Shown here piece after piece: positions 35,266-43,547 of a stretch of 64,000 bases of DNA. Source of the DNA: an uncultured Verrucomicrobiota bacterium. GTDB lineage: Bacteria; Verrucomicrobiota; Verrucomicrobiia; Limisphaerales; J093. The DNA lies in NCBI GenBank assembly GCA_964535555.1, contig CAZHUS010000019.1:18555-82554 (forward strand). Reading direction: 5' to 3'. Every line of letters starts with the position of its first letter. The first letter of the stretch is position 1. A model generated the notes under the pieces. The model saw only the letters and a program-made list of their open reading frames with translations, was not told the origin of the DNA and searched no databases. The position numbers and the translations under genes are program-made.

Positions 35266-36222
35266 TCAGCCGGTAACGTGGAATCCTGAGGTCGCCGGCG
35301 TCCCAAGATCCGGAACCACCACCCGGAGCGCGCCCGGCAGCACGTGAAAACGCGCGGGAGTCTCGCCGACCACGTCGCCATCCAAGGCCAAGGGCGCAGG
35401 TTGATCACCCTCGATCGCCAGGCCCTCCCCGCTGAAATACCGCACCTTGGGATGCCTCGGAAACGTGCCCCGAACCAGCATCGGGAAGCAGCGGAAGGCC
35501 TCGAATCGACTCAAGGCCCGGATCCAGCAAAGCTCGAGCCGGCCATCGTCCATCCGAGCCCCGGGCGAGAGTCGCATCGCGCCGCCACCCGCCCATTCCG
35601 AGTTGCCCGCGCAGACGTGGAAGATCGGCTCGCTCGTGAACTCGCCCGCGTCCGCTCGCACGGTCATCCGGGGGGCACGAAAACCCACGAGGGCGCGGAA
35701 GAAACCCACCGAGTAGCTCAGCCGCCTGCCAAACACGCGTTTCACTCGCGGGCCGGTAAGGCGGAGCAGTTCGGCGGCGAATCCCGCGGCCGCGAAGAGC
35801 AGAGCGTGGTCGACCCGTTCCCGGGGGCCCTCTCGCCTTCGGACTTCGATCACGTCCACCGCCCGGGTCACTCCCTGGCGCAGGGCGAGCACAGCTTGAT
35901 CCCGAGTTCTCACTCCGAGTTGCGTGGCGAAGTCGTTGCCCGTCCCGACCGGCAGGACGGCCAGCGCGGTGTGCGGGGCGCCGGATTGAACCAGCCCTGA
36001 TGCTACCTCACGGACGGTGCCGTCGCCGCCTGCCGCAAGCACAACGTCGCTGGAGGCGGCGTGTGACCGGGCCCGTTCGACGAGCTCGCCTGGCTTCACG
36101 GATAGCGCCCTCTCGCACTTGAACCCTGCCGACTCGAGTGTCTTCAACGCCCCTTCCGCAACCGCCAAGGCACGACCGCAGGCCGCGGTGGGGTTGACCA
36201 GGAGGAGGAGCCGGCGGGGCAT
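35266..36222 (-). CDS. Diacylglycerol-kinase-family lipid kinase (YegS-like)
   Basis: LLLLVNPTA, AAGGDGTVREV and LPVGTGNDFA. ATG 36222 is used. Confidence 0.8.
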   Translation of the reverse strand: MPRRLLLLVNPTAACGRALAVAEGALKTLESAGFKCERALSVKPGELVERARSHAASSDVVLAAGGDGTVREVASGLVQSGAPHTALAVLPVGTGNDFATQLGVRTRDQAVLALRQGVTRAVDVIEVRRREGPRERVDHALLFAAAGFAAELLRLTGPRVKRVFGRRLSYSVGFFRALVGFRAPRMTVRADAGEFTSEPIFHVCAGNSEWAGGGAMRLSPGARMDDGRLELCWIRALSRFEAFRCFPMLVRGTFPRHPKVRYFSGEGLAIEGDQPAPLALDGDVVGETPARFHVLPGALRVVVPDLGTPATSGFHVTG

Positions 36223-36330
36223 GGGGGGCGCTTGAGCGGTGCAGCGGGTTGGCAACGCGCTGTCAGGGCGACACGCCTTGGGGGCGGCTGGTGCGGTCCG
36301 GGGCAACGTTCACCTCCGGTTCCCACGAAC

Positions 36331-37833
36331 TCAATACACGCGACGCAAGTGGGAAGGGAGGACGTTCAGTTCGGACCGGTATTTCGCGATCGTCCGCCGT
36401 GCGATCATGACCCCCTTCGCGGTGAGGAGCTTCACGATCTCCTCGTCGGAGAGGGGCTTGCGTTTGTCCTCCTGGGACACCATCTCGGAGATGATCTGCT
36501 TGACGCTCTCATTGGAAACCGCGCCATCGCCGCCCGACGTCGGCAGCCCCGAGGTGAAGAAGTACTTCATCTCGAAAACGCCCTGGGGAGTCTCGATGTA
36601 CTTGCCCGAAACCGCGCGGCTGACCGTCGTCTCGTGAACGCCAACGACCTGCGCGATTTGGGCCATGGTCATGGGACGGAGATGGGACACGCCATTTTCC
36701 ATGAACTCCCGCTGGCGTTGCACGATCTCGCGCGCAATGTTCATCAGCGTCTGCTGCCGCTGCTGCAGGCTCTTGATGAGGAACTTCCCCGCCCGGATCT
36801 TCTCGCGGATATACTCACGGACCTCCGTCGAGCTCTCGGGCTGCGCCATGATGTCCTTGTAGGTGTTGCTGATGCGCAGGTGGGGAACGGCCTCGTTGTT
36901 CACGGAGACCACGAAGTCGCCGTCCACGCGTTGAACGAACACCTCCGCCACGACGTACTGCTGGTCATCCGGAAGAAAGTCGCGTCCCGGTCGGGGCTCC
37001 AGGTGGCTGATGCGCTCGACGGCGTCCTTGATTTCGGCAAGGCCGGTGCCCAGCGCCTTCGCCAGTTCAGGGAGACGTCGCTTGCCGAGCGCCTCCATGT
37101 GCTGGTCCACGATCTGGTATTCGAGCGATTGCTGGCGTCCGGCCCGATCCAGTTGGAGCAGGAGGCACTCGCGGATATCGCGCGCACCCACTCCGGGCGG
37201 GTGAAAACTCTGGATCACTTTCAGCACCTCCGCGACGCCTTCGATGGAAACGGCCGCGGAGAAGGCCAGTTCGTCCAGGGTGGATTGGAGGTAACCCCGG
37301 TCATCGATGTTCCCAACCAGCAACTCGGCGATGCCGCGTTGCTTGCTGTCCAAATCGGAGAGGCGCACCTGTTCGAGCAAGTGCTCCTGGAGCGACGTGC
37401 CGGCCACCAGCGAGTCGAACATGAACTGGCGCCGCTCCTCGTCCTCTTCGCGGCCGCGAAGGGGCACGTTGGTCTGAGAAAAGTGGTCGCGCCATTCCTG
37501 GTCCATTTGCGCCAGCTTCTCGAACTCGGCCTGGAAATCGTCCACGGGGGCGGCCGAAGGCTTTTCAGTCGCCGGGTCGAATCGAAGGTCGGCGGGCGGC
37601 TCCTGAGGGTCAGAAGGATCGGACAGCGCGGGCCCTTCCTGTTCCTGTTGTTCGCGGCGGGCCAGTTCTGCAGCGGGGACTTCCTCGAGGACCGGGTTTT
37701 GAGAAAGTTCCTGCTCGACCAGGGCCTGTAGCTCCAGCACCGGCGCCTGGAGCAACGCCAGCGACTGCTGGAGCTGTGGCGCCAGCACCTGTTGCAGCGC
37801 CATACGCTGCGAGAGATGGAGGCCCTGAGCCAT
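36331..37833 (-). CDS. rpoN: RNA polymerase sigma-54 factor
   Basis: MAQGLHLSQRMALQQVLAPQLQQSLALLQ N-terminus, and a C-terminal RpoN box (ARRTIAKYR). ATG 37833 is used. Confidence 0.9.
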   Translation of the reverse strand: MAQGLHLSQRMALQQVLAPQLQQSLALLQAPVLELQALVEQELSQNPVLEEVPAAELARREQQEQEGPALSDPSDPQEPPADLRFDPATEKPSAAPVDDFQAEFEKLAQMDQEWRDHFSQTNVPLRGREEDEERRQFMFDSLVAGTSLQEHLLEQVRLSDLDSKQRGIAELLVGNIDDRGYLQSTLDELAFSAAVSIEGVAEVLKVIQSFHPPGVGARDIRECLLLQLDRAGRQQSLEYQIVDQHMEALGKRRLPELAKALGTGLAEIKDAVERISHLEPRPGRDFLPDDQQYVVAEVFVQRVDGDFVVSVNNEAVPHLRISNTYKDIMAQPESSTEVREYIREKIRAGKFLIKSLQQRQQTLMNIAREIVQRQREFMENGVSHLRPMTMAQIAQVVGVHETTVSRAVSGKYIETPQGVFEMKYFFTSGLPTSGGDGAVSNESVKQIISEMVSQEDKRKPLSDEEIVKLLTAKGVMIARRTIAKYRSELNVLPSHLRRVY

Positions 37834-38039
37834 GCACGCGAGCTTAAGCCAAGAGAACGGATTCACAAGCGCGAACCGCAACCGGACCTCGCCGCACCTC
37901 GCGCCGGCTGTTCCGACAGTACCATCACGATGCATGCTGAGCAGCCGAGAAGGGGGTGGCTGAGTGAACCGCCCGGTTCCGAGCTCGCGTGCCGCAATTG
38001 AGGTTGTGCGCGGCGGAGCCTTCCGGCATCAACGCGGGC

Positions 38040-38399
38040 ATGCTGTATTACGTGGCGGCCTTGGTGGGTTTGGTCAGCGGCGTCACCAGCGGGATCTTCG
38101 GCGTCGGCGGCGGCATTGTCATGGTGCCCGCGCTGACCCTCTGGCTGCGCCAGGACATCAAGACCGCCATCGGCACCTCGCTTGCCGTAATCGTTCCGGC
38201 GGCGTGCATGGGTGTTTTCAAGCACGGGCAGTTCGGTCACGTGCAATGGCGACTCGCGTTGGCGATGATCCCACTCGCGTTGGCCGGGGGTTATGTCGGC
38301 GCCTGGCTCGCCAAGGTCACTCCGTCGGCGACTCTCGGGCGCCTCTTCGGCGGGTTCCTGTTGCTCGTCGGCGCCTACCTGCTGCTGCGCAAGCAGTGA
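38040..38399 (+). CDS. Half-size (about 4-TM) TSUP/TauE-SafE family membrane protein
   Basis: GVTSGIFGVGGGIVMVPAL...AIGTSL matches the TSUP repeat unit, but the protein is only 119 aa. Confidence 0.7.
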   Translation: MLYYVAALVGLVSGVTSGIFGVGGGIVMVPALTLWLRQDIKTAIGTSLAVIVPAACMGVFKHGQFGHVQWRLALAMIPLALAGGYVGAWLAKVTPSATLGRLFGGFLLLVGAYLLLRKQ

Positions 38400-38405
38400 C
38401 CGTGC

Positions 38406-39035
38406 TCACATCCCGAGCCGGACACGGCGTTCCTCGAGTTGCGATCTCCATCGCGCGAGGTAGCCGAGCAGTTGCGCGATTTCGCCCAGACGGTTCAGCG
38501 GTAACGACTCCAGCCGTCCGGGGTGACCAGGGGGCGGCGCGGCTTCCCACGCGATGTTCAGATCGCGTAACTCAGCCATTAACGAGTCCTCCCATGAGCC
38601 GATTCGCCGGAGCAGCGCATCGAGGCGTTCCATGTCAGCCATCCCCCGCTCGAACTGTTGCAGGCGGCGCATCGGGGACGTCTCCGCCCCACGTTCAGCC
38701 AGCAAAGCATCGACTGCCCGGCCAACCGCGCCGACCTCGGTGAATAGCTCGATGGTTCCGGGTGGGATGCGTTGAACGTCGGGCGGATCTGTTCCCTGTT
38801 CGAGCCGGAGCAGGTGAGCGACACGGCTCTTGGGGTCTCGAAGGCATCCGTAGGCACGGTTCAACGCCGTGAAATGCGCCGTCGCCGCGGCCCTCGAAAC
38901 CTCCCCGGAACCATGGAAGCGATCCGGGTGCGCCCCCGTCGAGAGCGCATGGAACCTCTGCTTCAGCGTGTCGGGATCGATCCACGGACGGCGCGGTTCC
39001 CCGAGCAGCGCAAAGCAGTCCGTGGTGGATTCCAC
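38406..39035 (-). CDS. hscB: J-domain co-chaperone, HscB-like
   Basis: DCFALLGEP...LKQRFHALSTGAHPDRF (HPD motif) plus a helical C-domain. Lies next to an A-type Fe-S carrier. Confidence 0.65.
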   Translation of the reverse strand: MESTTDCFALLGEPRRPWIDPDTLKQRFHALSTGAHPDRFHGSGEVSRAAATAHFTALNRAYGCLRDPKSRVAHLLRLEQGTDPPDVQRIPPGTIELFTEVGAVGRAVDALLAERGAETSPMRRLQQFERGMADMERLDALLRRIGSWEDSLMAELRDLNIAWEAAPPPGHPGRLESLPLNRLGEIAQLLGYLARWRSQLEERRVRLGM

Positions 39036-39050
39036 AGGGAAACAGGCGCG

Positions 39051-39440
39051 TCAGGCACTGAAGCTCTCCCCGCACGAACAGCTCGAGGCCGCGCTCGGGT
39101 TGTTCACCTTGAACCCACCGCCCTGCAGCGCTTCCAGGTAATCCAGTTCCGACCCGGTGACATAGAGCGCGCTCTTGGGATCGACCACGACCCGCACCCC
39201 ACCGCTTTCCACCAGGATATCGCGACTCGCCGGGGCGTCCTGAAGGTCCATTTTGTACTGCAACCCTGAGCAGCCACCGCCCACCACAGCCACGCGGAGC
39301 ACCCCGCCAGGGCGACCTTGCTTGGCGAGCAATGCCTGGACGCGCGCGGCGGCAGCGGCCGTCACTCTCACGAGCCGTTCGTCACCGAGCCGAAACGACG
39401 GTGGAGTCGAGGTCGCAGTGCTTGTCCCAGAAGCCAACAT
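39051..39440 (-). CDS. A-type iron-sulfur cluster carrier (IscA/ErpA/HesB family)
   Basis: GGGCSGLQY and a C-terminal SCSCGESF cysteine triad. Start is uncertain (the ORF extends to 39512). Confidence 0.85.
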   Translation of the reverse strand: MLASGTSTATSTPPSFRLGDERLVRVTAAAAARVQALLAKQGRPGGVLRVAVVGGGCSGLQYKMDLQDAPASRDILVESGGVRVVVDPKSALYVTGSELDYLEALQGGGFKVNNPSAASSCSCGESFSA

Positions 39441-39578
39441 AACAACGACGCCCAACGTAACGCGCCTGGCGCGCCGGTCAACCGTTGCGGGACAGTTGGA
39501 TGACGAACGCACGTCGGCGCCCGTAGGCCGCGGACGAGGAAGCGCAGTGCGAGTCTCGGCTCGCTTCGCGGAGGAGGC

Positions 39579-40118
39579 TCAGGCTGCTTCAAGGCCACCC
39601 AAGGCCAGCCGGAAGCCGCAGATCGGCAACTGGTCCTGCAGGAAATCGAGGTCGGTGGACCGCCTGAAACCGAGTCGTTCGTACAGCGCCCAAGCCACCG
39701 GCATGGCATGCGTGGTGTGGAGTATGACCTGCTGCTTGCCTTGCTCCCGCGCCAACGCGATGCATGCCAGAGTGAGCGCCTTCCCCACCCCCAGGCCCCT
39801 CGATTCCGGCGCCACTCCGAGCAACCGGATGCCGGACGCGTGCCGTTGCGCAGGGGCCGTTCCGCCCGAACCGTAATGCGCCATGTCGCCGAAGTAGACG
39901 ACGCCCCCGAGCAGCTTCCCTCCCGTCCTCACAGCCACCAAAACGCGGACGGAGGGTTTCTCGCTGAACTGCTGAATGGCGGCGAGCATGGCGTAATAGC
40001 CTGGCTGCTCCGCCGGTCGGGGAAAGCCCGGGAGCCCCGAGTAGACCTCGATCAACAGACGCCCGAGGCCGTCGAACTCGTCTGGCTTGGCGTCGCGGAT
40101 GTGGAATCCAGTACCCAT
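39579..40118 (-). CDS. GNAT-family N-acetyltransferase
   Basis: LLGVAPESRGLGVGKAL (acetyl-CoA P-loop-like motif) and YERLGFRR. Confidence 0.8.
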   Translation of the reverse strand: MGTGFHIRDAKPDEFDGLGRLLIEVYSGLPGFPRPAEQPGYYAMLAAIQQFSEKPSVRVLVAVRTGGKLLGGVVYFGDMAHYGSGGTAPAQRHASGIRLLGVAPESRGLGVGKALTLACIALAREQGKQQVILHTTHAMPVAWALYERLGFRRSTDLDFLQDQLPICGFRLALGGLEAA

Positions 40119-40129
40119 GCTCGCCGCTC

Positions 40130-40147
40130 GGGGTCAGTCCCTGAAAT
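40130..40147. repeat. Left inverted repeat of the RAYT unit
   Basis: Exact match read directly. Overlaps the RAYT stop codon and lies 12 nt upstream of the GNAT start. Confidence 0.9.
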
Positions 40148-41183
40148 CTGCACCAGGACGGGGTCTACGACCAGCCTTCCCAAGCAACTCCCTCCATTCT
40201 CGCACGCGCTTGTCCCGGCTTTGCCTGACCACCTTCACGGCGCGACTCACGCTCGATGCGTGTCCCATCGCCAGCCGTTCGCTGATCCATCGACACGACA
40301 CTGCCGTCCACTGCCGCAGTCCCCAGGCGAGCACTTGCTTGGACGGAGTCACGCCGGGTTCATTCGCCCAGTCCCTCCCGGTCCAGCGCAACGTCTTCTC
40401 CGCTGAGTCCAGCCATCGCTCCGCCGCCAATTCTCCATGGGCGTCGATGGCCTCTCCAGCGACCGAATCCGCCATTCTCCCTTCCATTCCGCGTTCCATC
40501 GCCTCCAACAACTGCACGCGGAATCCGCGGCTGCCGACGTACCATCCCTTCCGCAGTTCTCGCCATTCGTTCTGCAGCTCTCTCCCCTTGCGGGGGTCGG
40601 CACATTCCAGGGCCCGGCTTTCCAGATACGCTTCATAACCGCGGAGCGCGGATGCGGACCCCGCCTGAAACCCGAGCGCGCCCCATACTCGGTCCCTCCG
40701 AAGCCACCCGGCGAACCGCTGCCGATCATCGACGTACGAGGGATAACTGCTCCAAGCGTACTCACGCAACTTCTGCTCCCCCGGGCGGATCAGTCCCGCC
40801 CTTACCGGGTTGAGATGGATGTACGTGCTCACGATGCCAAAATACGCCTCCTCGCCCGTGTCGACGACGATGGCCTTGTAGCGTCCGGCGAGGACGTGTC
40901 CTGTGAGGCGGTGCCGGGCGTTGAAGCGACGGGTGTACGTGCCCTGAAGCCAGTGCATCCCCACCACGAGATTCGCTTCGGGTGTTTCGACGAGCAGGTG
41001 ATAATGGTTGCCCTTCAGCACGTACGCGTGCACCTGCCAGCCCGTCTTCTCGCAGGCTTCGCCCAGGGTGGTCAGGAACTGACCCCGGTCGGCGTCGTCG
41101 CGGAAGATGACGTTGCCCTGGTTGCCGCGGCTCATGACGTGGTAGACGGCTCCCGGGAACTGGATTCGGAGGGGGCGGGCCAT
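40134..41183 (-). CDS. REP-associated tyrosine transposase-like protein (IS200-like Y1 HUH domain plus C-terminal DnaA-domain-IV-like HTH)
   Basis: YHVMSRGN, GNHYHLLVETP (HUH) and YIHLNPVRAGLI (catalytic Tyr helix). The C-terminal ISERLAMGHASSVSRAVKVV resembles the DnaA-C HTH. Confidence 0.8.
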   Translation of the reverse strand: MARPLRIQFPGAVYHVMSRGNQGNVIFRDDADRGQFLTTLGEACEKTGWQVHAYVLKGNHYHLLVETPEANLVVGMHWLQGTYTRRFNARHRLTGHVLAGRYKAIVVDTGEEAYFGIVSTYIHLNPVRAGLIRPGEQKLREYAWSSYPSYVDDRQRFAGWLRRDRVWGALGFQAGSASALRGYEAYLESRALECADPRKGRELQNEWRELRKGWYVGSRGFRVQLLEAMERGMEGRMADSVAGEAIDAHGELAAERWLDSAEKTLRWTGRDWANEPGVTPSKQVLAWGLRQWTAVSCRWISERLAMGHASSVSRAVKVVRQSRDKRVREWRELLGKAGRRPRPGADFRD

Positions 41184-41220
41184 GGCGATGCGATGAGGCT
41201 GCGGCGCCCAGGCGGGGTGT

Positions 41221-41255
41221 CAATTTCAAATCTCAAATCTCGAATTTCACATTTC
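41221..41255. repeat. Five tandem AT-rich heptamers (caatttc aaatctc aaatctc gaatttc acatttc)
   Basis: Read directly. Lies 38-72 nt upstream of the RAYT start and is the most AT-rich patch of the window. Confidence 0.85.
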
Positions 41256-41268
41256 AGGGACTGACCCC
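41251..41268. repeat. Right inverted repeat of the RAYT unit
   Basis: Exact reverse complement of 40130-40147. Confidence 0.9.
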
Positions 41269-41314
41269 TCTGGAAAAGCTTGGCCGGGGGCCGGGGATCC
41301 GTAGGCTGCACGCC

Positions 41315-42247
41315 GTGAGCCTCCTCCACGTCCAACGCCTTTCCAAGGCCTTCGGCTCGATCCACGCCGTCGAGGAGGTCAGCTTCGAGGTCCGCCCCGG
41401 CGAGATCTACGGCCTGCTCGGACCCAATGGCGCCGGAAAGACCACGACGATCTCCATGGTCTGCGGCCTGTTGACGCCCGATGCCGGCACGGTTCGCGTC
41501 GACGGCCAGGATTTTTGGAGCGATCCGCAACGCGCCAAACGCGTCATGGGCGTCGTTCCGCAGGACATCGCGCTGTACGAGGAGCTGACCGGCCGTGAGA
41601 ACCTCGAGTTCTGGGGAAGGATCGCCGGCCTGGATCGCGCCGGGGCAAGGCAACGCGCCACCGCCCTCCTCGAATCCCTGTCGCTGACCGACCGGGCAAG
41701 CGACAAGGTGAGAACGTACTCCGGCGGGATGAAGCGCCGCATCAATCTCGGCTCGGCACTGCTCCACCAGCCGAAGCTCCTCCTCCTCGACGAACCCACC
41801 GTGGGGATCGATCCGCAGGCGCGGGCGAACATCCTGGCCTTTGTGCGCGGGCTCACCGCCAACGGCACGGCGATTCTCTACACCACGCATTACCTGGAAG
41901 AGGCCGAGGCCCTTTGTCAGCGGATCGGCATCATTGACCACGGACGGTTACTCGCCGAAGGCACGCTGGATCAACTCCGCGACCGATTGGGCGGGGATCG
42001 CCTGTTCGTGCTCGAGGGTGCGTTGGACGGAGTCGAACCCGAAGGCTGGCCCACCTTCAACCAGCGGTTCCGGGTGATCCAGAAGTCAGCGACGCAGCTG
42101 ACGGTGGGGGCGGTCGGCGAACGCGACCCCGGGGAATGCCTGAAGGAGCTGTTGGCGCTCCCGGTCAAGATCGGGAACGTGACCGTCAAACGCCCCAGCC
42201 TGAACGACGTGTTCCTGCAACTGACGGGCCGCGACCTCCGGGAGTAG
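41315..42247 (+). CDS. ABC transporter ATP-binding protein (ABC-2/DrrA-like)
   Basis: Walker A GPNGAGKTT, signature YSGGMKRR and Walker B LLLLDEPT. Confidence 0.9.
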   Translation: MSLLHVQRLSKAFGSIHAVEEVSFEVRPGEIYGLLGPNGAGKTTTISMVCGLLTPDAGTVRVDGQDFWSDPQRAKRVMGVVPQDIALYEELTGRENLEFWGRIAGLDRAGARQRATALLESLSLTDRASDKVRTYSGGMKRRINLGSALLHQPKLLLLDEPTVGIDPQARANILAFVRGLTANGTAILYTTHYLEEAEALCQRIGIIDHGRLLAEGTLDQLRDRLGGDRLFVLEGALDGVEPEGWPTFNQRFRVIQKSATQLTVGAVGERDPGECLKELLALPVKIGNVTVKRPSLNDVFLQLTGRDLRE

Positions 42248-42248
42248 C

Positions 42249-43547
42249 ATGCGCATGCTCGCGGTCATGCTGGCGAAGGACCTGCGCCGCGCGTGGCGCA
42301 ACCCTCTGCCGTGGCTGATCTTCATGGCGGTGCCGATGGTCATCGTGGCTCTCATCGGTTCCGCCTTCGGACCCCGCGCCTCCGGCGAAGGCGGACTGGG
42401 CAGGATCCGGTTCGCGCTCGTGGATGAGGACGACTCGCCCTTGACCGGCTTGTTGCGAGGCGCGGCCAACCAGGCCCAGGGCGCGAAGTACCTTGATCCG
42501 GTGGTGCTGAATCGCGCCGAGGCGGAACAGCAGCTCCGGGACAACCAGATCAGCGCCCTGCTCCGGATTCCTGCCGGGTTCACGAAGGACTATCTCACCA
42601 CGACGAATCCCGTGGCGCTCGAGCTCGTGAAGAACCCGGCCCAGTCGATCCACCCCGCGGTGATCGAAGAGTTGCTGGGCGTCGTGGTCACGGGGCTGGA
42701 CGTCGTCAAGCGGCACCTCGCCTCCGAGCTGCCTCAGTGGCAGGCGCTCTTTGAAGGCCAGGGGGATCACCGCAACCTGGCCGACCTGATCGTCCGCGCC
42801 GGAGACCGTTTTGAAGCCGCACGGGCGTATCTGGATCCGTTGCGAGTGAGCTACGTGACCGGAACGCCCACGCCTTCAACCCAGCCGGCAGACCAGACCG
42901 TGAATGCCGCCGCGCCGACGCCATCGCGCCCCGCGTTCAATCTGTTCGGCTATCTGCTTCCGGGCATGGCCGCCATGTTTCTTCTGTTCCTGGGCAACAA
43001 TGCGGTCACGGACCTGAAGCAGGAGCTGCGGCATGGCACGCTGGCCCGGACGCGAACGTTGCAGCACCGACTGCTGGCGTTTGTCGGCTCCAAGCTGGTT
43101 TTCGCCGTGGTCATGCTGTGGATCTGCGCCACCATCATGCTCGGGGTGGGCGGCGCGATCTTCCGCATCCACTGGACCCACCCCGGCGCGGTCGTCGGAT
43201 TGACCGCGGGCTATGGCGTCTTCGCCGCCGGGCTCATGTGTTTCCTGGGTTCGCTGCTGGCGGGTGAAGAAAGGGCGGACGCGCTGAGCACCATCACGGC
43301 CATGGTCATTGGACTCGCCGGTGGCGGGGCGTTTCCCGCCGAACAACTGCCCGGGTTCCTGCGCGATCACGTCACGCCCTGGTTGCCCAACTACTGGTAC
43401 GCGAAAGCGCTCCAGGAATTCAGTTTCGGCAACGCCTCTTTCGCGTGGACCCAGACGGCGGTGTTGACCCTCGGGCTGGGGCTCGGGCTGGCGATCCTCG
43501 CCGCGATCGTCCTGCAACGGCGCATCGGCCAGGGGAGGACCGCATGA
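42249..43547 (+). CDS. ABC-2 family permease
   Basis: N-terminal TM, a large external loop and a C-terminal 5-TM bundle. Starts 2 nt after the ATPase stop. Confidence 0.8.
   Translation: MRMLAVMLAKDLRRAWRNPLPWLIFMAVPMVIVALIGSAFGPRASGEGGLGRIRFALVDEDDSPLTGLLRGAANQAQGAKYLDPVVLNRAEAEQQLRDNQISALLRIPAGFTKDYLTTTNPVALELVKNPAQSIHPAVIEELLGVVVTGLDVVKRHLASELPQWQALFEGQGDHRNLADLIVRAGDRFEAARAYLDPLRVSYVTGTPTPSTQPADQTVNAAAPTPSRPAFNLFGYLLPGMAAMFLLFLGNNAVTDLKQELRHGTLARTRTLQHRLLAFVGSKLVFAVVMLWICATIMLGVGGAIFRIHWTHPGAVVGLTAGYGVFAAGLMCFLGSLLAGEERADALSTITAMVIGLAGGGAFPAEQLPGFLRDHVTPWLPNYWYAKALQEFSFGNASFAWTQTAVLTLGLGLGLAILAAIVLQRRIGQGRTA

Larger units (their letters stand above)
40130..41268 (-). mobile_element. RAYT-type unit: HUH/Y1 transposase gene bracketed by a perfect 18-bp inverted repeat
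   Basis: ggggtcagtccctgaaat (40130-40147) is the exact reverse complement of atttcagggactgacccc (41251-41268). Confidence 0.7.
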
